In this document: positions 11,744 through 21,986 of the stretch, piece by piece
Position numbering within the stretch: position 1 is the first letter of the stretch
Layout: every line of letters begins with the position of its first letter
NCBI GenBank assembly: GCA_950097015.1
Contig: CATNEN010000007.1
Span: 11,904,001-11,968,000 of the forward strand
Origin: Macrostomum hystrix
Taxonomy: Eukaryota > Animalia > Platyhelminthes
Length of the DNA stretch: 64,000 bases
Direction: 5' to 3'
Notes under the pieces: model-generated
Told to the model about the DNA's origin: nothing
Databases searched by the model: none
What the model saw: only the letters and a program-made list of their open reading frames with translations
Position numbers and translations under genes: made by a program

Positions 11744-14700
11744 ATGCTGACGCAGCGCAGGCAGCAGCGCTCCGGTGCCATCTCTATCCACACCGAGAGC
11801 CGCCTGCAGCGCCTGTTACGTCGCTTCACCTCGGCGCCCTCCCAGTTGTTGACGGAGGTTCGACGACTTAGCCACGCAGCGGACGATGCAGCCGCGACTA
11901 GAGCGGCGGCTGCAGCGATAAATAGCGGTGTCTCGGACAGTTCGCCTGAGTTGATGCTCCTGTCCGGCCGGCGGCCTCGTGTGGCCAGCCTGGCCTGCCT
12001 GCTTGCCCGAACTGGCTTCGACAGGCAGGAGCTCCGGCTCATCTACCGCCGCTTCAAGTCGCTGTGCCCGTTCGGTGAGGCCTGCTTCAATCCATTTTAT
12101 ACCATTCCTAGCGCACCCACCTCACTCCACAAGATGTAGGACTTCAATCATTTTCTTACCCTGCCTAGCGTACCCACCTCACTCCAATGGGTGAGGGACT
12201 ACAATGATTTTCTTACCCTGCCTAGCGCACCCACCTCACTCCACTGGGTGAGGGACTTCAATCATTTGCTTACCCTTCCTAGAGCACACCTCAAGCCACT
12301 GGGTGAGAGATTTCAACCCATTTCTAACCTTTCTGAGCACAACAGCTTTCACTTTCCAGCTCGATGGGAGCGTGTACTCTTCCCTGTTCTTTCTTTAATG
12401 CATTTCTATAATGCATTCGGATAAGTACTCGTATTTTGAATGCATTTCTAAATCATTAATTTAATCCTGTCAGCCACTCAGCCATCAATCTCTTGTCTGA
12501 GTGCCTGACATTACTATGTTAGAAATGTTTAGAAATTTTGCTGTTGTGAAAACTGTCTGACCCGATCTCAGCTACATTCGAGTGAATCTGGTACAGATGC
12601 AGCAAGCAAAGAGACACTGGGTTTGAAATCAGACCAATGTCTAGCAATTTCACCATGGGTTCTCAAAGTCTCGCGTTTGCTTTTTGTAGAAACAAGAATA
12701 TCTGGGTCTTGTGTTTCACTTCCGCTTGTCACGCTGAGCAGTGGTGAGCAAACAGAACTCTGCCCCTTTCACTCCCACCTGCCTATCCGATGTGCACCAG
12801 CACCTGACAGGTCTGTCTAATACACCGGTGTTTCGTTGTTGCCTTGCTGGTCAAGCGCTGTGGTAGCATTGCTGATGGCCCCTTGTTTGAATGCTGAACT
12901 AGGGAGGAACTCATTGAGAAAGCTTAATATATAACTATTCTCAGCGCCAGTCAGAAATAAATTTGAGCTCAGTTATTGCAAGAGCAACTGCAGCCAGCAT
13001 GTTCAGTTACTCTGTTGCCCGTCAAAGTATTAAAACTTTGTTGCGCCGTAAAATGTCTGCTAATTAGAGCATCGTGTGACAGCTGCGTGCATGTGCTGCT
13101 TCGTCTGAGAATCAGGACTCACCTGCTGCTCAACTGTACGGACTTTTCAAAGACTGGCCCACAGCATCCAGTAAACAGACAGACAACAGCTTAGCCACGA
13201 TCTGGACCAGCCATCTGTGACTGCCTGGGCTTGCTAATTGTCCAGACTGGCGCAGCTGTTTGGCTTAACTGGCCAATCACAATGCGGAGTCTACGCACTC
13301 AAAGTGATACTGTATGGCCATTTACGCAGCAAGAGGTTGTAGCCTAGTGGTTAGGGCGTCGGACTCACGACTTGAAGGTCGGGGGTTCGATTCCCGACTC
13401 CACTGGACCAATTTGCGTCCTTTAGCAAGACACTTAACTCTGCATTGCTTCAGTTCACCCAGCTGTTAAATGGGTACCAGCATTAGCTGGGATAATCGAA
13501 GGTGGGTGTGGCGTCCCCCCAGTCCATGGACTGAACAGCTGTACGCAGCCTTCAGATGCGCCGCGCAATAGCTGCGGCTGTGCTGTCGGCTGCACATCTG
13601 ACCCAATTGGGGCAGGTGTAATCAATCCATTGTATGGCCACTGTACCTTACCTAATGTGAGTGACATGATTCAGTGTGCGAGTGACGTGATGTTGAAAGG
13701 TTTGGAACCTTTAGAACTTGAAATGAAAATAATAGTTCTTATCATAGTCTATTAAATTGGGATTAATTAATTAATATGGGAATTAAATTGGGGATGCAGG
13801 ATTAGCGGGAGGAATAGCAGGACGGGCGGGATGGGAAGATAAGAAGGGGCACAACGGATCGATATCTCGTAATTAGAATGTACAACTACGTACAGGTAAA
13901 CAAGAACCGAAGGGGACGAGCAATGAATGAGGGAAGGAAAGGGGGAGAGCACTGCGCAGGCATAGATGATTCACAGTGTGACTGCCGTGATTCACAGTGT
14001 GAGTGCCGTGATTCACAGTGTGAGTGCCGTGATTCACAGTGTGAGTGCCGTGATTCACAGTGTGAGTGCCGTGATTCACAGTGTGAGTGCCGTGATTCAC
14101 AGTGTGAGTGCCGTGATTTACAGTGTGAGTGCCGTGATTCATAGAGTGAGTGATTCACAGAGTGAGTGATTCACAGAGTGAGTGATTTACAGAGTGAGTG
14201 ATTCACAGAGTGAGTGATTCATAGAGTGAGTGATTCACAGAGTGAGTGATTCATAGAATGAGTGATTCACAGAGTGAGTGATTCACATAGTGAGTGATTC
14301 ACAGAGTGAGTGATTCACAGAGTGAGTGATTCACAGAGTGAGTGATTCACAGAGTGAGTGATTCACAGAGTGAGTGATTCACAGAGTGAGTGATTCACAG
14401 AGTGAGTGATTCATAGAGTGAGTGATTCACAGAGTGAGTGATTCACAGAGTGAGTGCCGTGATTCACAGAGTGAGTGCCGTGATTCACAGAGTGAGTGCC
14501 GTGATTCACAGAGTGAGTGCCGTGATTCAGAGTGAGTGCCGTGATTCATAGAGTGAGTGCCGTGATTCACAGAGTGAGTGCCGTGATTCACAGAGTGAGT
14601 GCCGTGATTCACAGAGTGAGTGCCGTGATTCACAGAGTGAGTGCCGTGATTCACAGAGTGAGTGCCGTGATTCATAGAGTGAGTGCCGTGATTCACAGAG

Positions 14701-17359
14701 TGAGTGCCGTGATTCACAGAGTGAGTGCCGTGATTCACAGAGTGAGTGCCGTGATTCACAGAGTGAGTGCCGTGATTCACAGAGTGAGTGCCGTGATTCA
14801 CAGAGTGAGTGCCGTGATTCACAGAGTGAGTGATGTGATTCACAGTGAGTGGCCCACTGAGTCCTGGAAATAGATCAGTCACCTCGTTCTCAGGGATCAG
14901 TTGGGCTGCATAGCTGTCGCCGAGGGGGGCATGGAAGTTAACGGACATTCGGGTAGGCTACGTCCGCGTGGGTATCGAGGCGGCTGGCAGGCGGACACCG
15001 CGCCTCAACGGTCCCACGAACTCAGCAGGGCGCAGCCGCAGCTCATGGATAATTAACGAGCAGCTCTGACAGAATTCACTTGGCCCGAACTCTTTCCCGG
15101 CCACGTCAGCGCGCCCGCAACTCTGGCGCGTCAAGGCAGAGGCGGAGGCAGCAGCTGGCCGGGTCTCACACAGCCGGCCAGGGGGAGGTCGAGTCAGGGG
15201 GGGGGCGGGGCTGCCCGAGCCCCAGGTGAGCCGTGAGTCTTATCTAATAAAGCCAATTTGAACACAGACTAAATGGGGTGGCGAATGAAGTGAATCAAGT
15301 GCGCTGTGAGCTGCGCAAAGCGAGAAATTGGGGGAAATAAACAGCGTGTGGGGCGGGCGGGCTCGGGCACCTGGAGACTGTTCGGGTGGAGGCTCAAGAA
15401 ATTCGATACGAGGCGCATTGCGGGCCGAGCGGGGTCTCCTCACGGAAGCACTGGGATTTGAGTAGACTCAATTAATCCGCAGCCCTGATATTTGAATTCG
15501 GTGGCCCATACTCCGGCAGATTAACTTGGGGGAAGGGCTGTGCCGGCTTTAAAGCGGTAGCAGCTGGAAATGTACTTTAAGCTGAACTGCATCCGAGCTG
15601 GCCGGAAAGCGACGCACTGCGAGCGGGTGCTCGGCGCAGCGCTAATTGCTGGCTAATCCGATTCCCACCGACCGGGCCTGACCTACTGCAAATCCCACTG
15701 CTAAGGTCCCAAACATTGCTCAACGCTCCCGATAAGCAAACTCTGACAATCCACCCTCCCTCTTACTTCCTATCAAGACTCTATCCCACACCCTTAATCT
15801 CTCTCATGGGATCAGTCTCACTATCTCGGATTCCTCAGGGCCAATGCAAGGACCACTGTAGTATAACTACTTTACACTGTAGTTATACTACAGTGGTCCT
15901 TGGGCCAATGTCCGATGCCGCACTAATATCTTAAAACTTTAATCCCATTCCTTATCCCACGCTCTTATCCCAATCCATCCCACTGTCCCATCAGATTTCA
16001 TAACCATTGCTCTCATCCTAATCAGAGCAACTAACTCACTTAATTATTCCCTTTTTGGTACCTTTGCACTCTGGCAAACAACTACTGTCTTGATTTTTAT
16101 CCATTTTCTACGCACGTATATCTCCCATTCTCTCCCTGTCCATGCAGGTTCCCAGATTTTTTCGTTCTATCGGCCGCCTCAGCCCTAAAATGCCAGCTCC
16201 CAGTCTCCCCGAGAATCCCCGCGGTGCCAGCTCATCACCTGACAAGCGCTTAGCTCCAGCGCTGACAATTTACGATTGTTCATACCGCAGTCTCCGGTCC
16301 CCAAGCACCCTCTGCCCATGCACAATTGGTTAGTAGCAGCGGCTGCCGGAAACGTGGGCTCTGCTGGGAAATGCGGTCTCCGGAGAGTGTGGGAGCTTGA
16401 GAGACCGCTGCGTTTAGCTCTAATTGGATCCCTTGGGGAGTCGGCGCGGCATATTGATTGTGCAGTGCGGCTCGGAGATGAGGAGGCCGCGAGGAAGGGA
16501 AGCAGTGAAAGCGGCAGTCCCCGAGACCCACTGAGACCGGCCAAACAGGCCCAGGCGGCAAGAAAATAGATTGATACGAGTAATAAAGGGCTGGTCGCGG
16601 CTGCACTGAGAAGCCCGGCTTTTTAAGTTGCTCGATTCCTAAGGCCACCAAAGTGTCTGTAGAAGAATATGATGCCGTTGCTTTGTCCAGTAAAAACCAC
16701 AAAATGCCTCCATTACGGTAAAATTTTATGTTCATGCTTAAAATAAGAATGTCTTTGTGCCACGGAGTATTACCGTATGATTCGTAACGTATTAACTGGA
16801 GCTTAGGACACCTTCATAGTCTGAAGCCGTTGACAGCACTTCGTGACAGGCGGCATCTTAAATAGCCAGATTGACTCGGCGCCAATTCCTGGTGCCCGCA
16901 GGTGTAATGCAGGAGGAGGCTCTGCACAATGTCCTGGCGCAGATTTTCCCGCTGGGCAACGCGCACTCGTTTGCCCACTACGTCTTCTGCTGCTTTGATC
17001 GTAGCCGCTGCGGCTGTGTGACCTTCGAGCAGTTCGCCGTGTGTCTGGACACGCTACTCAAAGGCAGTCACGAGCAGCGGCTGCGTTGGATCTTCAACAT
17101 GTACGACATCAACCGGGACGGTGAGATCTCGAGGCGGGAGCTGACCGAAGTTGTCGCCTCAATCTGCGACCTGCAGGGGCCGCGAGTTCGACCGCCGGCC
17201 AGCCCGGCCGCAGTACAGGCCCAGGCGGACGCCGCCTTCCACCGACTCGACCTGGACGGAGACGGCCTGATCAGCTGGGATGACTTCCGCGCCTACTGCC
17301 TACGACAGCCGGAGCTGCTGCGTGGCCTGGATTGCCTGCAGACCATCCCTCTGGCCTGA
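11744..17359 (+). CDS. Kv channel-interacting protein (KChIP/KCNIP)-like neuronal calcium sensor
   Basis: Exons about 11744-12074 and 16902-17359, phase-1 join giving CPF-G-VMQEE. Sequence TGFDRQELRLIYRRFKSLCPFG...FAHYVFCCFD...LLKGSHEQRLRWIFNMYDINRDGEISRRE...DLDGDGLISWDDF is a typical NCS/KChIP four-EF-hand layout. Start codon uncertain. Confidence 0.85.
12084..12300. repeat. 57-bp degenerate tandem repeat, about 4 copies, just after the KChIP donor
   Basis: CCTAGCGCACCCACCTCACTCCA unit repeated with period 57. Confidence 0.8.
13321..13630 (+). mobile_element. tRNA-derived SINE
   Basis: A box TAGCCTAGTGG and B box GGTTCGATTCC, followed by a SINE-like body (CCTTTAGCAAGACACTTAAC...TTCACCCAGCTGTTAAATGGGTACC). 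Flanked by the direct repeat TGTATGGCCA (13311-13320 and 13631-13640). A diverged second copy lies at about 45580. Confidence 0.8.
13966..14850. repeat. Compound minisatellite of 21-bp GTGATTCACAG(T/A)GTGAGTGCC and 16-bp GTGATTCACAGAGTGA blocks
   Basis: A 21-mer block, then a 16-mer block, then a 21-mer block, inside the KChIP intron. Confidence 0.95.
15847..15902. mobile_element. 56-bp minimal hAT-like MITE
   Basis: Perfect 24-bp TIRs CAAGGACCACTGTAGTATAACTAC, 8-nt spacer, 8-bp TSD GGCCAATG. Confidence 0.88.
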
Positions 17360-17512
17360 CGACTCACCACAACTCCGGACTGCAGACCATCCACCTGGCC
17401 TGACGACTCACCACAACTACAGACTGCAGACCATCCACCTGAGCTGACGACTCACCACAACTACAGACTGCAGACCATCCACCTGAGCTGACGACTCACC
17501 ACAAGTCCAGAC
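17336..17512. repeat. 44-bp tandem repeat x4 spanning the KChIP stop codon
   Basis: CTGCAGACCATCC...CTGACGACTCACCACAACT repeated; the first copy encodes the C-terminus. Confidence 0.9.
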
Positions 17513-17563
17513 ACGAATTCGTACAAAGTACAAAGCATAGATTTCTTCGCACCACCCAGTAAC

Positions 17564-17629
17564 CACAGATACTAAATACCTATGCCTATACCTATACCTA
17601 CCTAAATACCTGGGTATTTAGTATCTGTG
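17564..17629. mobile_element. 66-bp minimal hAT-like MITE
   Basis: 17-bp TIRs CACAGATACTAAATACC/GGTATTTAGTATCTGTG with 8-bp TSD CCAGTAAC. Confidence 0.85.
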
Positions 17630-18073
17630 CCAGTAACCAAATGGAAGTGTTCAAAAGGTAGCGGCGAGTAGAGCGGATGCGAGTAGGTCAAGAACAAAGA
17701 ATAGTGAATTTATTAGCACAAGAGCTTGTATTTAACATGCACTGCGAGCTGCAGTTCCCGAAGAACAGATGTTCACAAATAAATCAATGTATTTTACAAA
17801 AAAACTGCAACGCAAAATATTTAACAATAAAAGACAGGAGAAGACTGACAATGAGTGACTAACAAGCGAGTGGAGAACAGCAGATACAAACAATCAATAA
17901 TAGTTCACACATGACTAGAAACCACAAGGGTACATAAGATGCATTAATAGGCCGACCGATGCAGGGTGGCTAGTGTTGGCAATACGCGAACTGGCAATAG
18001 GAATGGAAACTGGGGGCAAAACGGCCGCACATTATCCTCAACTGGAGCAGCTGGAGCCAGAACCGCAGTCTAA

Positions 18074-21000
18074 TCAGGAGGCCGCAAACGAGGAGCCGGC
18101 CGAGGCGGATCGCACCGCCCAGTTGGGCGCACCAGGCGGCGCAGTCCGGTTGCTCTCCGCGCCGCCGTGGCGCTGGCAGCGGGCCAGCTGGGTGCGCTGC
18201 TTGACTGTGGCGAATCTGGCGTAGAAAACTTGATCCAGCCGGCGCTTCATCTCAGTGACCGTGTCAGACTCCCAGGCCAGGCAGCGGACCCTCAGGCTGG
18301 CCAGCTCGTCATCCGGCTCCCCGGGGTACGACGAGGCTTCGTCCTCCTCGTCCGAGGAGGTGAAATCCCGGCACAACACGGTGCGGAACTGGTCCAGCTC
18401 GTCTGGCGACATGTTCGGCAGCAGCGACTCGAAGGCCTTCTGACGCCGGCTTAGCTTCTGAGGGATGAAGGGAACAGTGTACCTGAAGGACACGTGGACG
18501 GTGGAACTGAAGGACACTGGAACAGTGGACCTGAAGGATACGTGGACTGTGTACCTGAAGGACACTGGGACAGTTTACCTGAAGGACACGTGGACGATAG
18601 AACTGATGGACACGTGGGCTGTGGAACTGAAGGACACGTGGACGGTGTACCTGATGGACACGTGGACTGTGGACCTGAAGGACACTGGAACAGTGGACCT
18701 GAAGGATAAGTGGACTGTGTACCTGAAGGACACTGGGACAGTTTACCTGAAGGACACGTGGACGATGGAACTGATGGACACGTGGGCTGTGGAACTGAAG
18801 GACACGTGGACGGTGTACCTGATGGACACGTGGACTGTGGACCTGAAGGACACGTGGACGGTGGAACTGAAGGACACGTGGACGGTGGAACTGAAGAACA
18901 CTGGAACAGTGGACCTGAAGGATACGTGGACTGTGTACCTGAAGGACACTGGGACAGTTTACCTGAAGGACACGTGGACGGTGGAACTGATGGACACGTG
19001 GACAGTGTACCTGAAGGACACGGGGACAGTGTACCTGATGGACACGTGGACGGTGGAACTGAAGGACACGTGGACTGTGTACCTGAAGGACACTGGGACA
19101 GTTTACCTGAAGGACACGTGGACGGTGGAACTGAAGGACACGTGGACTGTGTACCTGAAGGACACTGGGACAGTTTACCTGAAGGACACGTGGACGGTGG
19201 AACTGAAGGACACGTGGACAGTGTACCTGAAGGACACGGGGACTGTGACCTGATGGACAAGTGGACTGTGGAGAGAGGTTCTTCGAACCAGGAAGACCAG
19301 ACGTGAGAGCATCGTTGACGTCTTACCGCTTTCATTCTGTTGCATCGGGCGGCAGTGCGCCTGTTGCACTGCACCCGGCGGCCCTCCCTCACGTAGTACT
19401 GGTACAACCCTGCGGGCAGTAGGGGCGGCAATATCAATAAGAAGCGCTGATAAAAAGCAGCAGACAAGAGTCAGAGCGGCCCTCACTCTTCCACGTGTCC
19501 GGATCGGCTTCGACGCTGGAGGCTCCGGGTATGTGCTCTATGAGCCTGCTGGCCGCGCTCTGATTGGTCGGATGCTCCCAGCTGAGGGTGGTGCGGGTCA
19601 CAATAATTTTCTATCAAGCTTAACCAAAATTCAAACTGGAATTGCCATCGCAAACACTCACGGCAGTGAGAAGTCAAACAAATGAGGACCGCTGCCGCGC
19701 AGCTTCTTGTAAGTCTCGTGCAGCAGAGCCTGCGAAATGATGCGAGAAGCGGTTCACGGTGAATGGCACCGCCTTGGAGGAATGCTTGTTTGCAGGCCAG
19801 GCTAATGAGTGATCTGCAGGCCAGGCTAATGAGTGATCTGCATGCCAGGCTAATTAGTGATCTGCACGACAGGCTAATGAGTGATCTGCATGCCAGGCTA
19901 ATGAGTGATCTGCAGGCCAGGCTAATGAGTGATCTGCATGCCAGGCTAATGAGTGATCTGCAGGCCAGGCTAATGAGTGATCTGCATGCCAGGCTAATGA
20001 GTGATCTGCAGGCCAGGCTAATGAGTGATCTGCATGCCAGGCTAATGAGTGATCTGCATGCCAGGCTAATGAGTGATCTGCATGCCAGGCTAATGAGTGA
20101 TCTGCATGCCAGGCTAATGAGTGATCTGCATGCCAGGCTAATGAGTGATCTGCATGCCAGGCTAATGAGTGATCTGCATGCCAGGCTAATTAGTGATCTG
20201 CACGACAGGCTAATGAGTGATCTGCATGCCAGGCTAATGAGTGATCTGCAGGCCAGGCTAATGAGTGATCTGCATGCCAGGCTAATGAGTGATCTGCAGG
20301 CCAGGCTAATGAGTGATCTGCATGCCAGGCTAATGAGTGATCTGCATGCCAGGCTAATGAGTGATCTGCATGCCAGGCTAATGAGTGATCTGCAGGCCAG
20401 GCTAATGAGTGATCTGCATGCCAGGCTAATTAGTGATCTGCACGACAGGCTAATTAGTGATCTGCAGGCCAGGCTAATGAGTGATCTGCATGCCAGGCTA
20501 ATTAGTGATCTGCATGCCAGGCTAATGAGTGATCTGCATGCCAGGCTAATTAGTGATCTGCATGCCAGGCTAATGAGTTGTCTGCGTGGGAATTCATAGA
20601 TCTGCAGGCGATTCTCACCCGGACGTCCAGGCCGCCACCAGAGCCGGTCACAGGGGCGACCTCGCTGCCAATAAGAATCGAAGAGCTGTCGACACCGACG
20701 GACCTGTCGCCGTTGAGCTGCTCGTCCTCCTCCTGATCCGCGTCCTCCTCGAAGCGGGAAGAGCCGCTGTCGATAATTTGAATCTTCGTGTCGACGCAGT
20801 CCTCAGCAGCTCCAGCTGCCTCCTCCTGCTGGCACAGGTGTCGCTTTCTGTCGCCGAGCTGCGGAGCTGGAGCCTGGCGGGGCCCTACGCTCGCCGCCGC
20901 TGGCTGGTCGGACAGCCGCTGCTCTGCACGGAGCAGTCGCCGCTGCACATCAGCGGCTGACGGCTGCATGATGTCCACCAGCTGAAGGTGCAGGCTGTTG

Positions 21001-21132
21001 ATGAGGCGCAGTGCCGTGCACAGGTCGTCCAGCGGCATGCTGTCCAGCAGCATCCCGGCGTTCAGCAGGGTGGACTCGAACAGCGTCAGGGCGGAGAAGG
21101 TGGGCTGCTGCTGAGTCACTGCGGTGGCCATG
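18074..21132 (-). CDS. Uncharacterised C14orf93/DUF4616-like protein, paralogue A (5 exons)
   Basis: Phase-consistent exons 21132-20619, 19729-19662, 19581-19487, 19409-19327, 18457-18074. Homologous to the neighbouring gene at both ends (FSALTLFESTL vs FSPLTMFECTI; FDFSLP; RDFTSSDEE...VRCLAWES...MKRRLD). Family assignment rests on recalled similarity to C14orf93 motifs. Confidence 0.8.
18465..19272. repeat. 24-bp minisatellite CTGAAGGACACGTGGACGGTGGAA (variants), intron of paralogue A
   Basis: Tandem periodicity. Confidence 0.95.
19791..20578. repeat. 24-bp minisatellite GCCAGGCTAATGAGTGATCTGCAT, intron of paralogue A
   Basis: Tandem periodicity. Confidence 0.95.
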
Positions 21133-21986
21133 GGGTGGATGAGACTGGACCGCTGCAAAATGGTAGCATCCGCCAGTTAGCTACGAGCACTGCATCGATG
21201 GGTCAGCCGATCTCAATGTCTACGAGTATAAAGCTAAAGCTACGAGCGTTGCTGGCATGCACCCCACCCGATGCCCTTGAACTTCTACTTTAAGTAGCAA
21301 GTCTGGGATTCACACATTTGAGATTTGTTGCAAAACAACAAGCAAAGTAAAACAGGCAGGAGCTCAAAGCAGTGATTTGTTTGGCTGGGCTTGAGTCACA
21401 GGCCGAGCACAGTTGCGAAACTCGACCGCTTGATGCGTCATGAACAGTGTGTATTTAAACATTTAACATTTGAACATTTAGGCAGTGTTACGGCTTACAC
21501 AAGCAGAGACTGTTAGGGCCAGGGCCGGACAGACTGCCAATCAGTACACAGTAGAAAATGCTGGCAGGATTACATTCATGAGCTCATTGGTGAGACTGTG
21601 AGCTCGGGCAGTTTAGCTGAATTAGTTGCACGCACATAAAAACACAGAGAAGGAGCGAGTGCCTCACGAATCAGTTAATAAAACATAATAAAATAAAACT
21701 GAAATACGAGTCCGATCGCATTCAAAGGCTAAAAACCTCAGCTGAACCTTGCTTCAATTATGACCGACTACTCCGATTATACACCCAATTTGCCTTATTG
21801 CTATTATGCAGAATAGGCGATAGATAGAGAGATGCGGGGAGACATGGGTCAGCCCCTTATGCGGAGTGAGCCCCGGCCAAGCTGTCGCTTAGCACCTACA
21901 AGCTGATTCGGGTATCCTGATTCAAATTAGAAATGGCCATAACTGACGCAAGGATGCAATGATCTCAGACCAATGAGTCCGCCGTG

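Noticed and set aside
13333-13405. tRNA gene
   Set aside because: The A/B boxes continue into a SINE body with a TSD and a second diverged copy exists, so it is a SINE head.
18451-20599. Long repetitive ORFs (PSGTxSTC, LKDTWTVE, LHARLMSD)
   Set aside because: Artefacts of 24-bp intronic minisatellites inside paralogue A. The same applies to the ORFs over 7645-7959, 8498-8956, 11141-11451 and 13966-14850.
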